A stretch of DNA of 64,000 nt from Camelus ferus (Eukaryota). A program made the position numbers and the translations under genes. Shown here piece by piece: positions 12,081 to 24,802 of the stretch. Every line of letters starts with the position of its first letter. Within the stretch, counting starts at the first letter, position 1. The notes under the pieces were generated by a model, which did not search any database, was not told where the DNA came from, and was given only the letters and a program-made list of their open reading frames with translations. The stretch lies in assembly GCF_009834535.1 (NCBI RefSeq), contig NC_045696.1, forward strand, positions 51,462,001-51,526,000, in the 5' to 3' direction.

Positions 12081-14074
12081 CTAAGGAAATCTTAAAATAA
12101 GCATCTTAAATTTCATTTTTTTCCAGTCTTTTTGTGGGTGTAAATGAACACATACAAGAGTTGGAGTGTGTGAGCCAGTTTCAGTTAGCTTTTTTTGTGG
12201 AGTTCGCTGAGTAGATACAACTTAGATTGTCTTGTTGCTCTATTCTTTTGTCACCACACATTCTGGAGTTTTCTGATCAGTTTTAGTTTAAAATATTCTA
12301 TCCTATGAGTAAATTCTTATCTGTCAGATCGTGTGTTCTGATTTTTGGTTCATAAAATATGGTCAAAGTGTCAACTAGCTTCTACCCCTGTTCACCTGGC
12401 TGCCCGAGATAGCACACCCTAAATGATATCCCAAAATGACACAGCCAGTGTCACTTTTGTCCACCTTAGTTTCCATCCAACTGGTGGTTCTCCCATTTAT
12501 CTGTGTCAGAAGGCATGCCATGGCAGGATTCCCTAACCCTGAACCCACTGTGCTTTCTGCCCTTCATGTCTCTAAAGAAGGCCAGCGTTCCTGATCTAAC
12601 ACAACCGTGTTGTCAGCTTTCCGTGTGATGAACTTGGACTTACTACCTGCTTTCTTCTGTCCCTTTGAAGGCAGGCATGCTGTCTTGTCTGGGAAAAGTC
12701 ACTTCCTACCTTGCCTCCTTCCGTAGGAAAGACAGACATAGTCTTGTAGCCTATTGCAAAGATTTTTTTTTCCCCTTTGAAATCACTTAAGTAAAACAAA
12801 GTCTCCTCTTGCTTTCAAGTCATTTTTCACTAATGTTCAGAGCAAAATCTGCTTCATGCAGTCATCCACAATGAAAAGGGAACAACTTTCCTAAGACTTG
12901 GGGGAGGCCTGTCTGCTCTGTTCTTAGGAAATTCCCCCAGGCAGGTATCTCCAGTCAGCTCTAATCTGCTCATCAGTGATTTTCTTTCAAAAGTAACCAC
13001 TTGAGGTTGAGCCAGAGACTTGTCAAGCGATTGGTCCTTGTGGGGAACCAGGAAGAAGGGAAGTTGGGTGGGTGAAGATGGGGGGGCTATGGAGGAGCTT
13101 ATGAATCTGCTGCTAAATAGCAGTGAAACCTTTTCTGAAGGAAGACTCCATGAATTCTAGGAGGAGACTATTATTTCACGCAGTTGCTTTGTTTTATTTT
13201 TATTTTGTCTTATTTGCAGTAACTGAGAGATACTTTCCAAAATCTCTGTAAAATGAAGGCCAAGTATGTAGTCAAGGGATGTCAAGTGATACTGTGTTGG
13301 CTCACCAGACACGACCAAGGACAATGACAAACCCTGCAAAAGTGTGAACGTCAACATGAGGCAGTGTTAAATGTTTGTAATCACACAGTCAGTAAAATGT
13401 ATAACATCATGAAAATACCTCAAATACAAGTTAGCCACGCAAAGTAACTAAGTTCCACAGCCGTCTTTATTTCTCATGAGATAATAGAGATGGGCAAATA
13501 GAGACACTAAAACATCAAGTGACTTTTAAGTTATTGGCCTTGTGGTTGAAAATCTAGATAGTTTCACTTTGGGGTTTGAAGTTAGTGCAAAGTGAGGAGG
13601 CATAACTAGTATGTTGCAATGTTGGACAGTGCAATTAGGGTTCAAAAGGGTTAAACAGAAAGCATTTATAACACTATCAAACAGTTTAAAATTATAAAAC
13701 ATCTTGGTCGCATGTAAAATACCAATTGATCTAAGCAGAGTATGGGGAGATCTGACTTGACATTACTTATGGGACTAAGGCTTTGGGGGCAATGATTGAC
13801 TAGATTGTAAGTTTAAAAAGATCTAGCGGTCTGATTAAAGAAAATGTCCACAAAACTTCAAAACTGTGCAGCCTTAGGCAGTATAAACAAAAGTTTACGA
13901 AATTAGGGAGGAAACATTCCCTTTGTGGCCCAGACTGCCGCTGTAACCTTTAGAATGTCATTGTGGAACAAGAGCACAGTTTGAGCAGGGTGGCCACGTT
14001 GGTGGAGCCATCGGTATCCATTATGCAGGACTAATGCAGTGTCTTTCATGCTAACTATGCTTCATAATCACCCC

Positions 14075-16010
14075 TGATTTTTTTTTTAAATTGGACTATA
14101 ATTGGTGAAATGCCCATATTTAAAATATGCAGTTTGAATGGTTTTAACATAAGTTGAATACCCTTGAAAATATCTCTATGATCAAGGTAGTCAACATATT
14201 CATCACCCCTAGAAGTTTCCTGTGCCCATTGTAATCCTGCGCAACTATCCTTTCTGTGTCCAACCCCCTCCCCCAGGCAACCACTGCTCTGCTTTCTGTT
14301 CATATAAATAGTTTGCATTGTGAAGAATTTTTATTTAAACAGAACCATACAGCATGTATTCTTTTTTACCTTTCACTTGGCATAGTTATTTTGTTTTATA
14401 TCCATTCATGTTGTGGTTTGTATCAATAGTTCATTTCTTTTTAATGTTGAGTAGTATTCCGCTGTTAATCCATATCCAGTTTTTGGTTATTAGAAGCCAT
14501 GAACATACACATACACATCTTTGTATAGATGGGTGCTTCTTTTCTCTTGGATACATTCCTCAGAGTGGAATGGTTGGACCATGTAATAGATGTAAAAGAG
14601 TACCACACTGTTTTCCAAAGTGTTTGTACTATTTTACATTCCCACCAACAGTGTATGAAAGTTCCAGTTCCTCCACATCTTTATCGACACTTACATGGCC
14701 AGCCTTTGAAATTTTAGTCTTACTGATAGATGAGAGGTGATATTCCATTGTGGTTTTCACTTGTGTTTCTCTAATGAAAAGTGATGTTGGGCATATTTTA
14801 TGTGTTTATTTACCACCTATATATTTTTGTGTTGGTGAAGTGTCTGTTCAAATCTTTCCCCCATTTTATGTTGGACATTTATTTTCTTATTATTGAGTTT
14901 TGAGAGTTCATTATGCATTCTCGATACAAGCTCCTTATCTGATATATACTTTGCAAGTATATTCTTTCCAGTCTATATCTGTCTTTTCATTCTTTTAATA
15001 GTGTGTTTTGAAGGGCAAAAGTTTAATATTTTGATGAAATCCAATTTAGCAATACTTTCTTTTTAATGTATTATGTTTTGATGTCTTATATAAGAAATTG
15101 TGCCTAACCCAAGGTCAGAGACTTTCTTGGTTTTTTTTTTTTTTCTAGAGATTTCATAGTATTAAGTTTTATATTTAGGTCTATGATATATTTTGGGTTA
15201 GTTTTTGTTTACAGTACAAGACATGGATTGAAGCTCATATTTTAACATAAAGATGCCTATTTTCCCCTACCATTACTTGTTGAAATGGCTTTTCTTTCTC
15301 CATTGTGTTACCTTTGTTCCTTTGTCAAAAATGAGTGTCCCTGTATGTACAGGTGTATTTCTGGGATCTGTTTTTCATTCCATTGATATATTTGTCTATC
15401 AATGAAAACAATCATGATTCCAGTACTACACACCCTTGATTACTATAGCTAAGCTTCGAAATTAGGTAGTGTCAGACCTCTCTGGCTTTGTCCTTCTTTC
15501 TTAAAGTTGTTTGGCTGTTTCAGGTACTCTGTATTTCCATGCAAACTTTAAAATCAGCTTGTTCCCCAAAACTATATAGGGGTTTTAGCTGGAGTTGCAT
15601 TTATTCCATGGATCAATTTAGGAACTCCCTATCAATGTTGAATCTTTCCACATGTGAACAAAGATATGTTTCTTCATTTATTTAGGTCTTTCTTAGTTTT
15701 TCTCAGCAATATTTTATAGTTTTTAGTGTATAGGTCTTTCATTTATTTTCTCAGATATATTTCTAAGGGTTTAATATTCTTAATTCTATTGTATATTACA
15801 TTGTTTTATAATTTCAATTTCCTATTATTTGTTGGTGATGTATAGAAATGTACATTGTTTTTTACATTTGATCTTGTATCCTAGAAACTTGCACTTATTG
15901 GTTCCAGTGGGGTTTTTTTTGGGTAGGTTCTTTTGGATTTTATACATAGATAATCATGTCATTTGAAAATAATGACAGTTTTATTTTTTCCAATCTGGCT
16001 GACTTTTATT
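14075..16010 (-). mobile_element. Old L1 (L1MB/L1MC-type) 3' UTR and ORF2 end
   Basis: Antisense L1 motifs (cccaggcaaccact, tacattcccaccaacagtgtatg, gaagtgtctgttcaaatc, ttgatcttgtatcct); many stops. Confidence 0.9.
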
Positions 16011-16089
16011 TCTCTTCCCCTTTGTTTCTCTGTCTCTGTCTCTCTCTTTCTGGCTCTCTGTCTATGTTTCTATAAACATACATATATTT

Positions 16090-16380
16090 AAAAATTCTTT
16101 CTATGGTTCATTTTTGATAATTCCCGTTTTTATATCAAGTTCACTAATATTTTCTTCTGTGATGTCTAACCTGCCATTAATGCTATTCAATCAATTTTTC
16201 ATCTCCCAAATTGTAGTTTTCATGTCTAGAAATTCAATTTGGCTATTCTTCCTTTGCATACCTCAACTTAATTTTTTGATTATAAAGAATGCAGTTGCAA
16301 TAATGGCTTTAATGACCTTATCTGCCAAATTTAATATCTGTGTCAGTTCTGGGTCGCTTTTGATTGATTTCTCCCCCACT
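16090..16380 (-). mobile_element. Old L1 ORF1-region fragment
   Basis: tcaagttcactaat...ttcttctgtgatgtctaacctgccattaat...tctagaaattcaatttgg. Confidence 0.6.
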
Positions 16381-16995
16381 CGCATTATGGAGAGTTAATA
16401 ACTATTGGAAATAACTCCTGAATGAAATTAAAAAATCTTCTGGTTTAACAACTGATTAGCAGGCCTAAAATTAAACAGTCCAAAATATAGTATCACATCA
16501 GGAGATTCATGAAAAATGTCTTTAAAGAGAGGCATATATATTATTAATTGATTGTTAAGAACTTGAAAGTAGAAAGTATGCTATTGATGAGAGGAAGGAA
16601 AAAATATCTCTATGAATAAAAATATAATAAGAACAGCAACAACAAAGAGATGTAATTAGAAATTCAGAGACAACTGAGTGCATATGAGAAAGTCACATTG
16701 TAAATATGAAGTAAATGACACTGTATGATTAGAACAATTGATGGAAATGAAAAAGTAGCACTTTTTGAAATAATGAAGCAAAATTTCAGGTAGTTCAGGA
16801 AAATGAAGTGGCTCAACTAATGTTTCGTATTCATGTGTGGTTTCTTTGGGCCTGTTATAATTACTAGATTTGATCATGTTCCTGTGATGTATTTAGTGTA
16901 CCCTCTTGAAACTAATTTTTCTTTTTTACAGGCTATTTTTCCTTTCAGAGGAGCCTGTCCCTATTAATTTTTTTCAAAGTTTCAACTTTTGTTCT

Positions 16996-17145
16996 TTTTT
17001 TTTTTTTTTTTCTTTTTTTGGTGGGGGTGGGTGGAGGTAATTAGGTTTATGTATTTATTTATTTTTAGAGGCGGTATTGGGGATTGGACCCAGGACTCTG
17101 TGCATGCTAAGCATGTGCTCTACCACTTGAGCTATACCCTTCCCC
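16996..17145 (-). mobile_element. tRNA-derived SINE (vic-1-like)
   Basis: ggggattggacccaggac...gcatgctaagcatgtgctctaccacttgagctataccc, poly-T tail, flanks TGTTCTTTTT / TGCTCTTTTT. Confidence 0.92.
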
Positions 17146-17402
17146 TGCTCTTTTTTTAAATTAAAAAATATTTTTGCTCTTGCTGTTTAATCTTAATGGT
17201 TGGTATCTTCAGATGCTTAAGAGACAGTTGATGAAGTATTAGTTCTAGAAACTTAAACTTATGCCCATTAAGAAGCACATTTTAAAAAACTCTCACACAA
17301 TCATTTAACCTTCTTAATGTTTTTTCTTTTTTTATACCTCAAAAATTTCTTCCTGTTTCAAAGAAATAATTTTCTGAAGTTCATTGATGAGGTTTCCTTT
17401 TA

Positions 17403-18709
17403 TGGATGGTCTTTGACTTCTAATGGTTCGACTTAAGATTTTTCGACTTTATAATGGTGTGAAAGCTATTCAGTAAGGACTATACTTGGAATTTTGCATT
17501 TTAATCTTTCCCCGGGCTAGTGATGTGTGGTAAGATGCTCTCTGGTGCATCCGTGTTGCTGCAAATGGCATTATTTTTTCCTTTTCTTTTATTCTTTTAA
17601 TGGCTGAGTAGTATTCCATTGTATAAATATAGCACAACTTCTTTATCCAGTCATCTGCTGATGGGCATTTAGGTTGTTTCCATGTCTTAACTATTGTAAA
17701 CAGTACTGCTATGAACACTGGGGTGCATGTATCTTTTCAAATTAGAGTTCCCTCAGGATATATGCCCAGGAGTGGGATTGCTAGATCATGTGGTCAGTCT
17801 GTTTTTAGTTTTTTGAGGAATCTCTATACTATTTTCCAAACTGGCTGCACCAAAGTACATTCCCACCAACCATGCAGGAGGGTTCCCTTTTCTCTACCCC
17901 TCTCCAGCATTTATCCTGGAGATCATCATTCTAAGTGAAGTAAGCCAGAAAAAGAAAGAAAAATACCATATAATATCACTCATATGTGGAATCAAAAAAA
18001 AAAAAAAAAAAGACACAAATGAACTTATTTACAAAACAGAAGCAGACTCACAGACATAGAAAACAAACTTATGGTTACCAGAGGGGAAAGAGGGTGGGAA
18101 GGGATAAATTGGGAGTTCAAGATTTACAGATACTAACTACTGTATATAAAATAGGTAAACAGCAAGTTTCTTCTGTATAGCACAGGGAACTATATTCAAT
18201 ATCTTGTAGTAACCTATAAAGAAAAAGAATATGAAAATGCATATATGTATGTATATGTATGCTTGAAACTTTATGCTGTACATCAGAAATTGACACAACC
18301 TTGTTAACTGACTGTACTTCAACTGAAAACAAAAAGAAGATTCTCCCTGGTGATGCTGGGGCAGTGGCATTGAGCTGCAGCTCCCAGGCAGCCACACAAT
18401 CACGGGAATAAACAACCAATATACCTGCAACCATCTGTACCCATACAACCATTCTGGTTTTACTTTTGGAACAGTATTCAATAAATTACATGAAATAGTC
18501 AACACTTGATTACAAAATAGGCTTTGTGTTAGATGATTTTGCCTAACTGTAGGCCAATGTAAGTCTCCTGAGCATGTTTAAGGTAGCTGAGTTAAGCTCT
18601 GATATTTGGTAGGTTAGGTGTATTTAAAGACATTTTCAACTTAGGATACTTTCAACTTCTGATGAGTTTACTGGGATGTAACCCCATCATAAGTTGAGAA
18701 AGATCTGTA
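17403..18709. mobile_element. Tigger3-like TcMar DNA transposon split by an L1 insertion (pieces about 17403-17547 and 18337-18709)
   Basis: gatggtctttgacttctaatgg left end and ccatcataagttgagaaagatctgTA right end (inverted termini, TA target); internal Tigger3-like text continues across the L1. Confidence 0.8.
17548..18336 (+). mobile_element. 5'-inverted L1 3' end (artiodactyl-type): 17548-17914 antisense, 17915-18336 sense
   Basis: Antisense part translates to the L1 ORF2 C-terminus ([20 protein letters not shown]...); sense part is the following ORF2 end and 3' UTR with A-rich tail; 16-bp TSD AAGATGCTCTCTGGTG / AAGATTCTCCCTGGTG. Confidence 0.92.
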
Positions 18710-19339
18710 GTCGCTTTCTCTTGCTATTTCTTTCTATTCTTAAGGGAAAAGCTGTCTGTTAGAGTGTTATACAATTTGAACACACACAGGGGTTCCTTTG
18801 CCTGGTCCAGCTGTTGAATAATCATCATGAATAGTACCAAATTGAGTCTTATTTCCTACCAAGGAGGGTTAGAACAGACTTGGTCCTCATAATTAGTCAT
18901 ATCCAGGAAGCACTGTGCTCAATTTAAAGATGCTGGCACCGTCATACTGACTTTTCAAAAACATTTGTAACATAAGGTGACCTGGTTACAAGAAGCTACC
19001 AGGAAGATTTTAATTGCTTGAGGAACTTCATCTGATTCTTGCAGTGACTCCAGTTATGGCTATTATCCAGTTCACACCTCCTTTCTCTACCCCACTTCAT
19101 CAGTTGAATGAAGCAAGGTCATATATTAGTACAATAGCATTCACATAGCAACTATCCATTAAATGTTTGAATGAAGAAATAAATGGTCTATTTTATTCAC
19201 CAGATACCTGGAAACTAAAGTTGAATAATTCTTCCTTCATTTAAAGTTCCATAGACAGATGTTTATAAGCTTTGGTAGGAAAGTAATAGTGCTCTCAAAT
19301 AATATTTGCTGCCAATAATTGCACTCTTTGATATTTATC

Positions 19340-19560
19340 AGGCTCTTTCTAAATCCTTTATATGCATTATTGCATTTATATCTACAATACATTGTGACCT
19401 AGGCATTGTTATCCTCATTTTATAGAGGAAGAAACTGAAGCCTTAGAGAGATTGGGTAACCAGCTCATGGTCATCTTCTCAAGGGACTGCAGAGCTGGGA
19501 TTCAAACCACAGGGTGCTTGGATTCAAGCCCTGAGCCCTTAACCACTGGTCTAGATTGCC
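19340..19560 (-). mobile_element. MIR SINE
   Basis: atcctcattttatagaggaagaaactgaagc...agagctgggattcaaacc...cttaaccact. Confidence 0.85.
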
Positions 19561-19944
19561 TTGGGAAAGGCCTGAGGGGAACTGAGGTGAAAGATGATCT
19601 AACAAAGGCAAATTTGACTTTTGCATGAGTTTTACCTGAGACTATGAGCTGATGTCTGTCCCCCCAAGTATCATAGGGGAATATGGTAATGTCTCCCCTA
19701 ATTCTTTCTCAGATTGTTACAGCTAAGAATCTGTGGAAAATATAAGTGCCCTAGAAATGACAACCAAGGAAGTAGCTGTTGGTGAAAGCAAATCTGACCT
19801 CCCTCATCCTCTCCACAACCTTTTTCATATCCCAAGTCTGACAGGGCTATACTCCAAGGCATTCAAACTGTTTCCTGTACGAGTCTCTGCTGATGGTTGA
19901 GAATTTAACATTACCATTTGTTGAGTACCGTTTGTTGAGTGGTT

Positions 19945-20830
19945 TAAAAAAGAATTGTGGTAAAATGTGCATAACATAAAGTTTGCCATTTTAATCATTT
20001 TTAAGTGTATGATTCAATGCCATTAATTACACTCACAATGTTACGCAGCCATCACTACTGTGTATTTCCTTTCATCATCTCAAACAGAAACTCTGTATTC
20101 ATTAAGCAATACCTCCTCATTCCTCCCTTTTCCCAGTCCCTGGTAACTTCTAATGTACTCTCTGTCACAATGGTTTTACCTATTCTAGATATTTCATGTA
20201 AGTGGAATCATACAACATTTGTCCTTTTGTATCTGGCTCACTTCACTTAAAATAATATTTTCAGGGTTCATCTATGTTGTAGCATGTTTCAGAACTTCAT
20301 TCCTTTTAATGGCTGTATAATATTCCATTGTATGTGTATACCACAATTTGCTTATCCTTTCAGCTGTTGATAGACACTTATGTTGTTTCTGCCTTTGGCT
20401 GTTGTGAATAATACTGTTATGAACATTGACATACAAATATTTGTTTCAGTTCCTGTTTCAATTCTTTGGGTTTATACCTAGGAGTAGAATTGCTGGGTCA
20501 TATGGTAATTCTATGTTTAACGTTTTGAGGAACAAACTCTTTTCCACAGCAGCTATACCATTCATATGCCATCAGCAATGTATGAAGGTTCCAATTTCTT
20601 CACATCTTTATCAGTACTTGTTATTTCTTTTTTCAAAAATAGTAGCAGGGGAGAGGGGGAGGGTATAGTGCAGTGGTAAAGTGCATGCTTAGTGTGCACG
20701 AGGTCCTGGGTTCAATCCTGAGTACCTCCATTAAGAAAATAAATAAATAAAGGAAAATAAATAAAAACACAGTTCCCCTCCCCCCGCCCCAATAATAGGC
20801 ATCTTAGTAGATATGAAATGGTATCTCATT
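19945..20830 (-). mobile_element. L1MB-type 3' UTR, interrupted by a SINE
   Basis: ttgtggtaaaat...ataacataaa...cagtccctggtaac...tatacctaggagtagaattgctgggtcatatggtaattctatg...atgaaatggtatctcatt. Confidence 0.9.
20648..20790 (+). mobile_element. tRNA-derived SINE (vic-1-like)
   Basis: gggagggtatagtgcagtggtaaagtgcatgcttag...gtcctgggttcaatcc followed by (AAAT)n tail. Confidence 0.9.
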
Positions 20831-21631
20831 TTGGATACTGACAGAACCTCACCTTGGGCTCAAGTAGCCTCTCAAGGTAACTGTGCCTGGGATGGCCAGA
20901 CACTCTTTGAATGGGACCACTGGTCCATCCAGTAGAATCTAAATCTTTCTCCCTCCTGGCCTGTTGTGAGTCTCCTCTGTGCCTTTGCTTCTCTTGCTCA
21001 GGGCAATTTACTCTTCAGCATGCCTGGTAACTCCAAGAAGAGACTCTGGCAAATTCAAGTCTCTTCTCTAGTGTAAAAATGATAAACAATTAGCAGCGAA
21101 TGTAGAAGACTTCTGGTCCAACATCTGTATTATCTTATCACAGTCTCTTTGAAATTCTCCAGTGTTGAAGAATTTCTGTCACCCTTGGAAAGAGCCTATC
21201 CCATTGTTGGATAACTTTTGTTGGAAATATCTTTTTTTGCTTTTAGGGTCTCTGTGTTTTCCGTGACTTCTACCCATCGGTCTTTGTTCTCTCCCTGGGG
21301 CAGCCCTAGGGTTGTTCTTGTTCTTCTCCCACATTGGCAGCCATTCCAATAACTGAAGGCAGCTCTCGACTCAAGTGACTTCAAGACTTGTTTATATCAT
21401 GTTCTTGAACCTGCTCATCTCATTCAATTTGAGAGAGTCTGTATGTCTATGGTTAAGGAGGGTGTTTTTCCTCCTAACCGTACAGACATCTTGAAATGTG
21501 TTGCATCTATGAAGTCTACCTTTCTCCATCAGTTTGTACTGTGATTTATGAGTGAGAGGCTTCACATACTCAAGGAGATGTTGCTAATGTTATGTTTACA
21601 GATCTATGTATATAACTTTACGTACGTTATG

Positions 21632-21633
<2 letters not shown>

Positions 21634-21685
<52 letters not shown>
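21634..21685. repeat. (CA)n microsatellite
   Basis: About 25 uninterrupted CA units. Confidence 0.97.
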
Positions 21686-21688
<3 letters not shown>

Positions 21689-22194
21689 CATTACTAACAA
21701 GTGTTAACATCTAATTTCCTCACCCTGTAAAGAGAATCCAGCACTGCAGTAAAGCCTTACTCTCCCATCGCCTTCATAGGCATGGCAGTAGAGAGAGTAA
21801 AGAACTTACATTTTCCAGTCCCACAGTACCTGATTAATCTAAGGGTGTCAGATAGCACTGTCTATGCTTGGAGTTGATCAAACTGATTCGAAGTGAACTT
21901 CCTGCCTCTCAAGCCAGTGGAAGCTTGGAATAGATTTTATGATTAAAGAAATAAGGAGATATAACATTTCACACCTGGGTGCTGTGGAGTAAAATTCATA
22001 CCACTGCTTATGATTATTTGGTTATATCTTGTTTATGGAGGTTTTCATAGTGGATTGTCCAATTGAAATTTTAACACTACACCAAGGAGCTTGTCTATTT
22101 TAAGCATGTGTCTAAATAGAGACGGTCTTTTAGAGGTGGTTAATCTGTATTCCTGTGGCTCTTCCCAGTTTATGAAACATTATTTTTTGTTTCC

Positions 22195-22330
22195 TCCAAT
22201 AATATTATAGGCAGGGCTCATTACCTTCAATTTTAAAGATGAAGAGACAGAGCCTCAGAGAGATGAAGGGACTATCCCAAAGTCACACTGGTGAGCGGCC
22301 TTCAGATGCAGACTTTGGATTCCAAGTCAT
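22195..22330 (-). mobile_element. MIR fragment
   Basis: aattttaaagatgaagagacagagcctcagagagatgaagggact...cccaaagtcacac. Confidence 0.75.
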
Positions 22331-22559
22331 GAGTGTGATCTCAGCACAGAGTGGGGCACAGCAGGAGGCTGTGATGCTGGAGATGTTGCTAATGTTATGA
22401 ACCCCATAGATTCAGCCCCATGCCCTACTCTGTGTAGTAGTGAGAAGCTCCGGCAATGGAACTTCCAGGCTGCCTTTTTTCAGCTGGTACCAGAAAGGGT
22501 GGTTAAGGGTGAGGAATATCAGAACTGCCTCTTTTGTGGCCTCCTATAGGAGAAATAGC

Positions 22560-22795
22560 TTTTTTATAATGAAAGTATAATTTATACACAGCAAAATGCA
22601 GACACTGAGTGTACACTTTGATCAGTTTCAACAAATGCAGATACTCATATAACCCACATATAATCAAGATGTAGAACATTTCTATCACTCCAGAAACATT
22701 TCCATCACTTGGTGTCTCATCACAATCAACCCCTGCTCTCCCAATCAGGTTTTCCTGCTAAATAACCTCAGTTCTGATTTCTGTCCCATAGATTC
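22560..22795 (-). mobile_element. Old L1 3' UTR fragment
   Basis: tataatttatacacagcaaaatgcag...atcaagatgtagaacattt...ttctgatttct. Confidence 0.7.
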
Positions 22796-24788
22796 AGAGA
22801 ACTGCTTTCAGATAGTTCTGTTTTGGTCACCTATGGGAAAGGCTAGACTGGCAGCAGGGACTGTGTCATCTCTTTTGGTTGCCATGGTCATCCTGGTAGC
22901 AGGCTGCATGTGAGCCCCTTGGATAAAGCTGCCAGCTTATGTCACTAAACAGAAGCAGTGTCTCTGTGACAACAGCTCCCTTCTGCATTCACTAGGCAAT
23001 GTGACATTTAAGCAGCTTTGAGACCTCGCCTGAGGCTTTTGTTGGTTTGCCCATAACATACCCCTGGAATCAAGTTATTTTGTTGAGACAAAATGAAACA
23101 GCAGCCCCATCCCCTTCTCCCTCTGGGGAGAGTGGGTTATAAGCTCATAATCTACTCTGGGGTTCCCTCTTAAGGGACCGATTCCCCTGCACACAGGGCT
23201 GGGAAGACTGAGTCATGCTCTAAAACCCATGAGCCAACATCATTGTTTTCAATGGCACCCATCACTACTCCCATTTATTTAGTGGTGACGCTGTGGTGAT
23301 TCTGTCTAGGTGACCTGCCTATGGAGGCCACTTTCTTTTGAGGAGGGAAATAGGTTTGGGAAATTGAACTCTACCCAGAAGGTGGCAGGTAACTGAGTGG
23401 ACTCAGACTTTCTAAGGAGAAAGACCCTGCAGCCCAGTCCTGTGTCCCATACCTGAGCCCCATTTCTAGCCCAGGAAGCTCTCTCAGGGGGTGGGGTCAG
23501 CCAGGATGGCCCCCCTCCCACCTCCACAACTGTTCTTGCAAGTTCTTCGTCTGCTGTCTTCTCACACACAGCTTGAGTGAGGCCAGTTTGTACTTGGAGA
23601 AAGATCCAGCTCATGATTTTCCCATCCTCGGCTGAGACCACTCTCCGCCCTCATTAGGGAAGGTGCTGGGAGAGGCTGCAGTGGAGCACATTGCCCAGCC
23701 CAGCTGGAGGCAGCAGCCGGAGGGAGGGATCCATTTCTCTGGAAAGTGTCCCCGATGTGCTCTTCTTGGCCGTGCCAGTGAAGAGCAGGGATGGGGACCA
23801 GTTCATCTGCACATTCCTGGTCATGAAAGAGAGAATGGATCTAGATTATAACTGGTTTTCATTTGTGATTGCTTATCTTTGCTTCCAACTGGAAAGCTAG
23901 AGTGGGGTTGGCACTCAGCCATGGCCGCAGGGACTCTCAGCCTTTTCATAAATGCATGGAGAAATGGGGTATCACCATGGACAGGGGGCCACGGGTCAGG
24001 TGGGGCCCAAGGACCTTATGATTTAAGAAAAAGGTTCCAGATTCTTCTTATTTCCTTGATAACTGATAAGTCAATTTTCCCAGTTACTTTTCTATTACCC
24101 CCATCTTATTCAAAACTGCACAGATTCAAATAACCCCACTTCATCTATACAAAACACATAAAAAGAAAAGACAGACTATCAAGATTCTGCTTGATTAACG
24201 TCTTGGGAGATAGCTCACATGAGTCTTCAGGGAGGAAAATAAATGGCTCTGAGCCTGGGCTGTGTTCCTAAGGCCGACCTTGTCACTGCCTACGCGGGGA
24301 AGGCGACGGAGGGGATGAAAGCTCTGGCCCCAGCGTGATTACAGTTGTACCCTTTACAGGACACGGCCGTGTTTCTGGCATTCAATTATGTTTGCTGTGC
24401 ATGCGTGCATACACTCACACACTCGCGCACAGGGCTGGAACTGAAATCATCTCAAGTGAGAATTCTTGTGATGCATTTAAGGGGCCTTGCGTTTGACAGG
24501 TTGCTACCTAGTTATGGACTAAAATCTCACCAGGCACCCCCATAGCTTATCGCCTGTCATTTCAAAACAAAGACATCCTGCTTCCCCTTTCTGTGTCACA
24601 TCTCATCGGCTCATTCTCAGCAGAATCTTACTTTCATTAGGAGCTCGGTGCCACCTCCCTGACTTTCATCAGATGAGAACTTGAAAAAGAAAAAGAAACC
24701 CCCCCCCAAAAAAAAAACCCATTCCATGTTTTGACTTGGATTCTAGGTGTTATTCTCTCAGTCCAGCTTGAAAGAAAAAAAGCCCACC

Positions 24789-24802
24789 CCACGAGGGGGC
24801 AG
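24789..24802 (+). promoter_or_regulatory. Candidate CTCF site
   Basis: CCACGAGGGGGCAG closely matches the CTCF core consensus, within non-repetitive sequence. Motif match only. Confidence 0.35.

Noticed and set aside
12623..12720. GTGATGA box C as a C/D snoRNA start
   Set aside because: No suitably placed CTGA box D or terminal stem.
21757..21800. Hairpin TTACTCTC-CCAT-CGCCT...AGGC-ATGG...GAGAGTAA as a miRNA candidate
   Set aside because: Only about 44 nt with a large bulge; too short for a pre-miRNA and not recognised.
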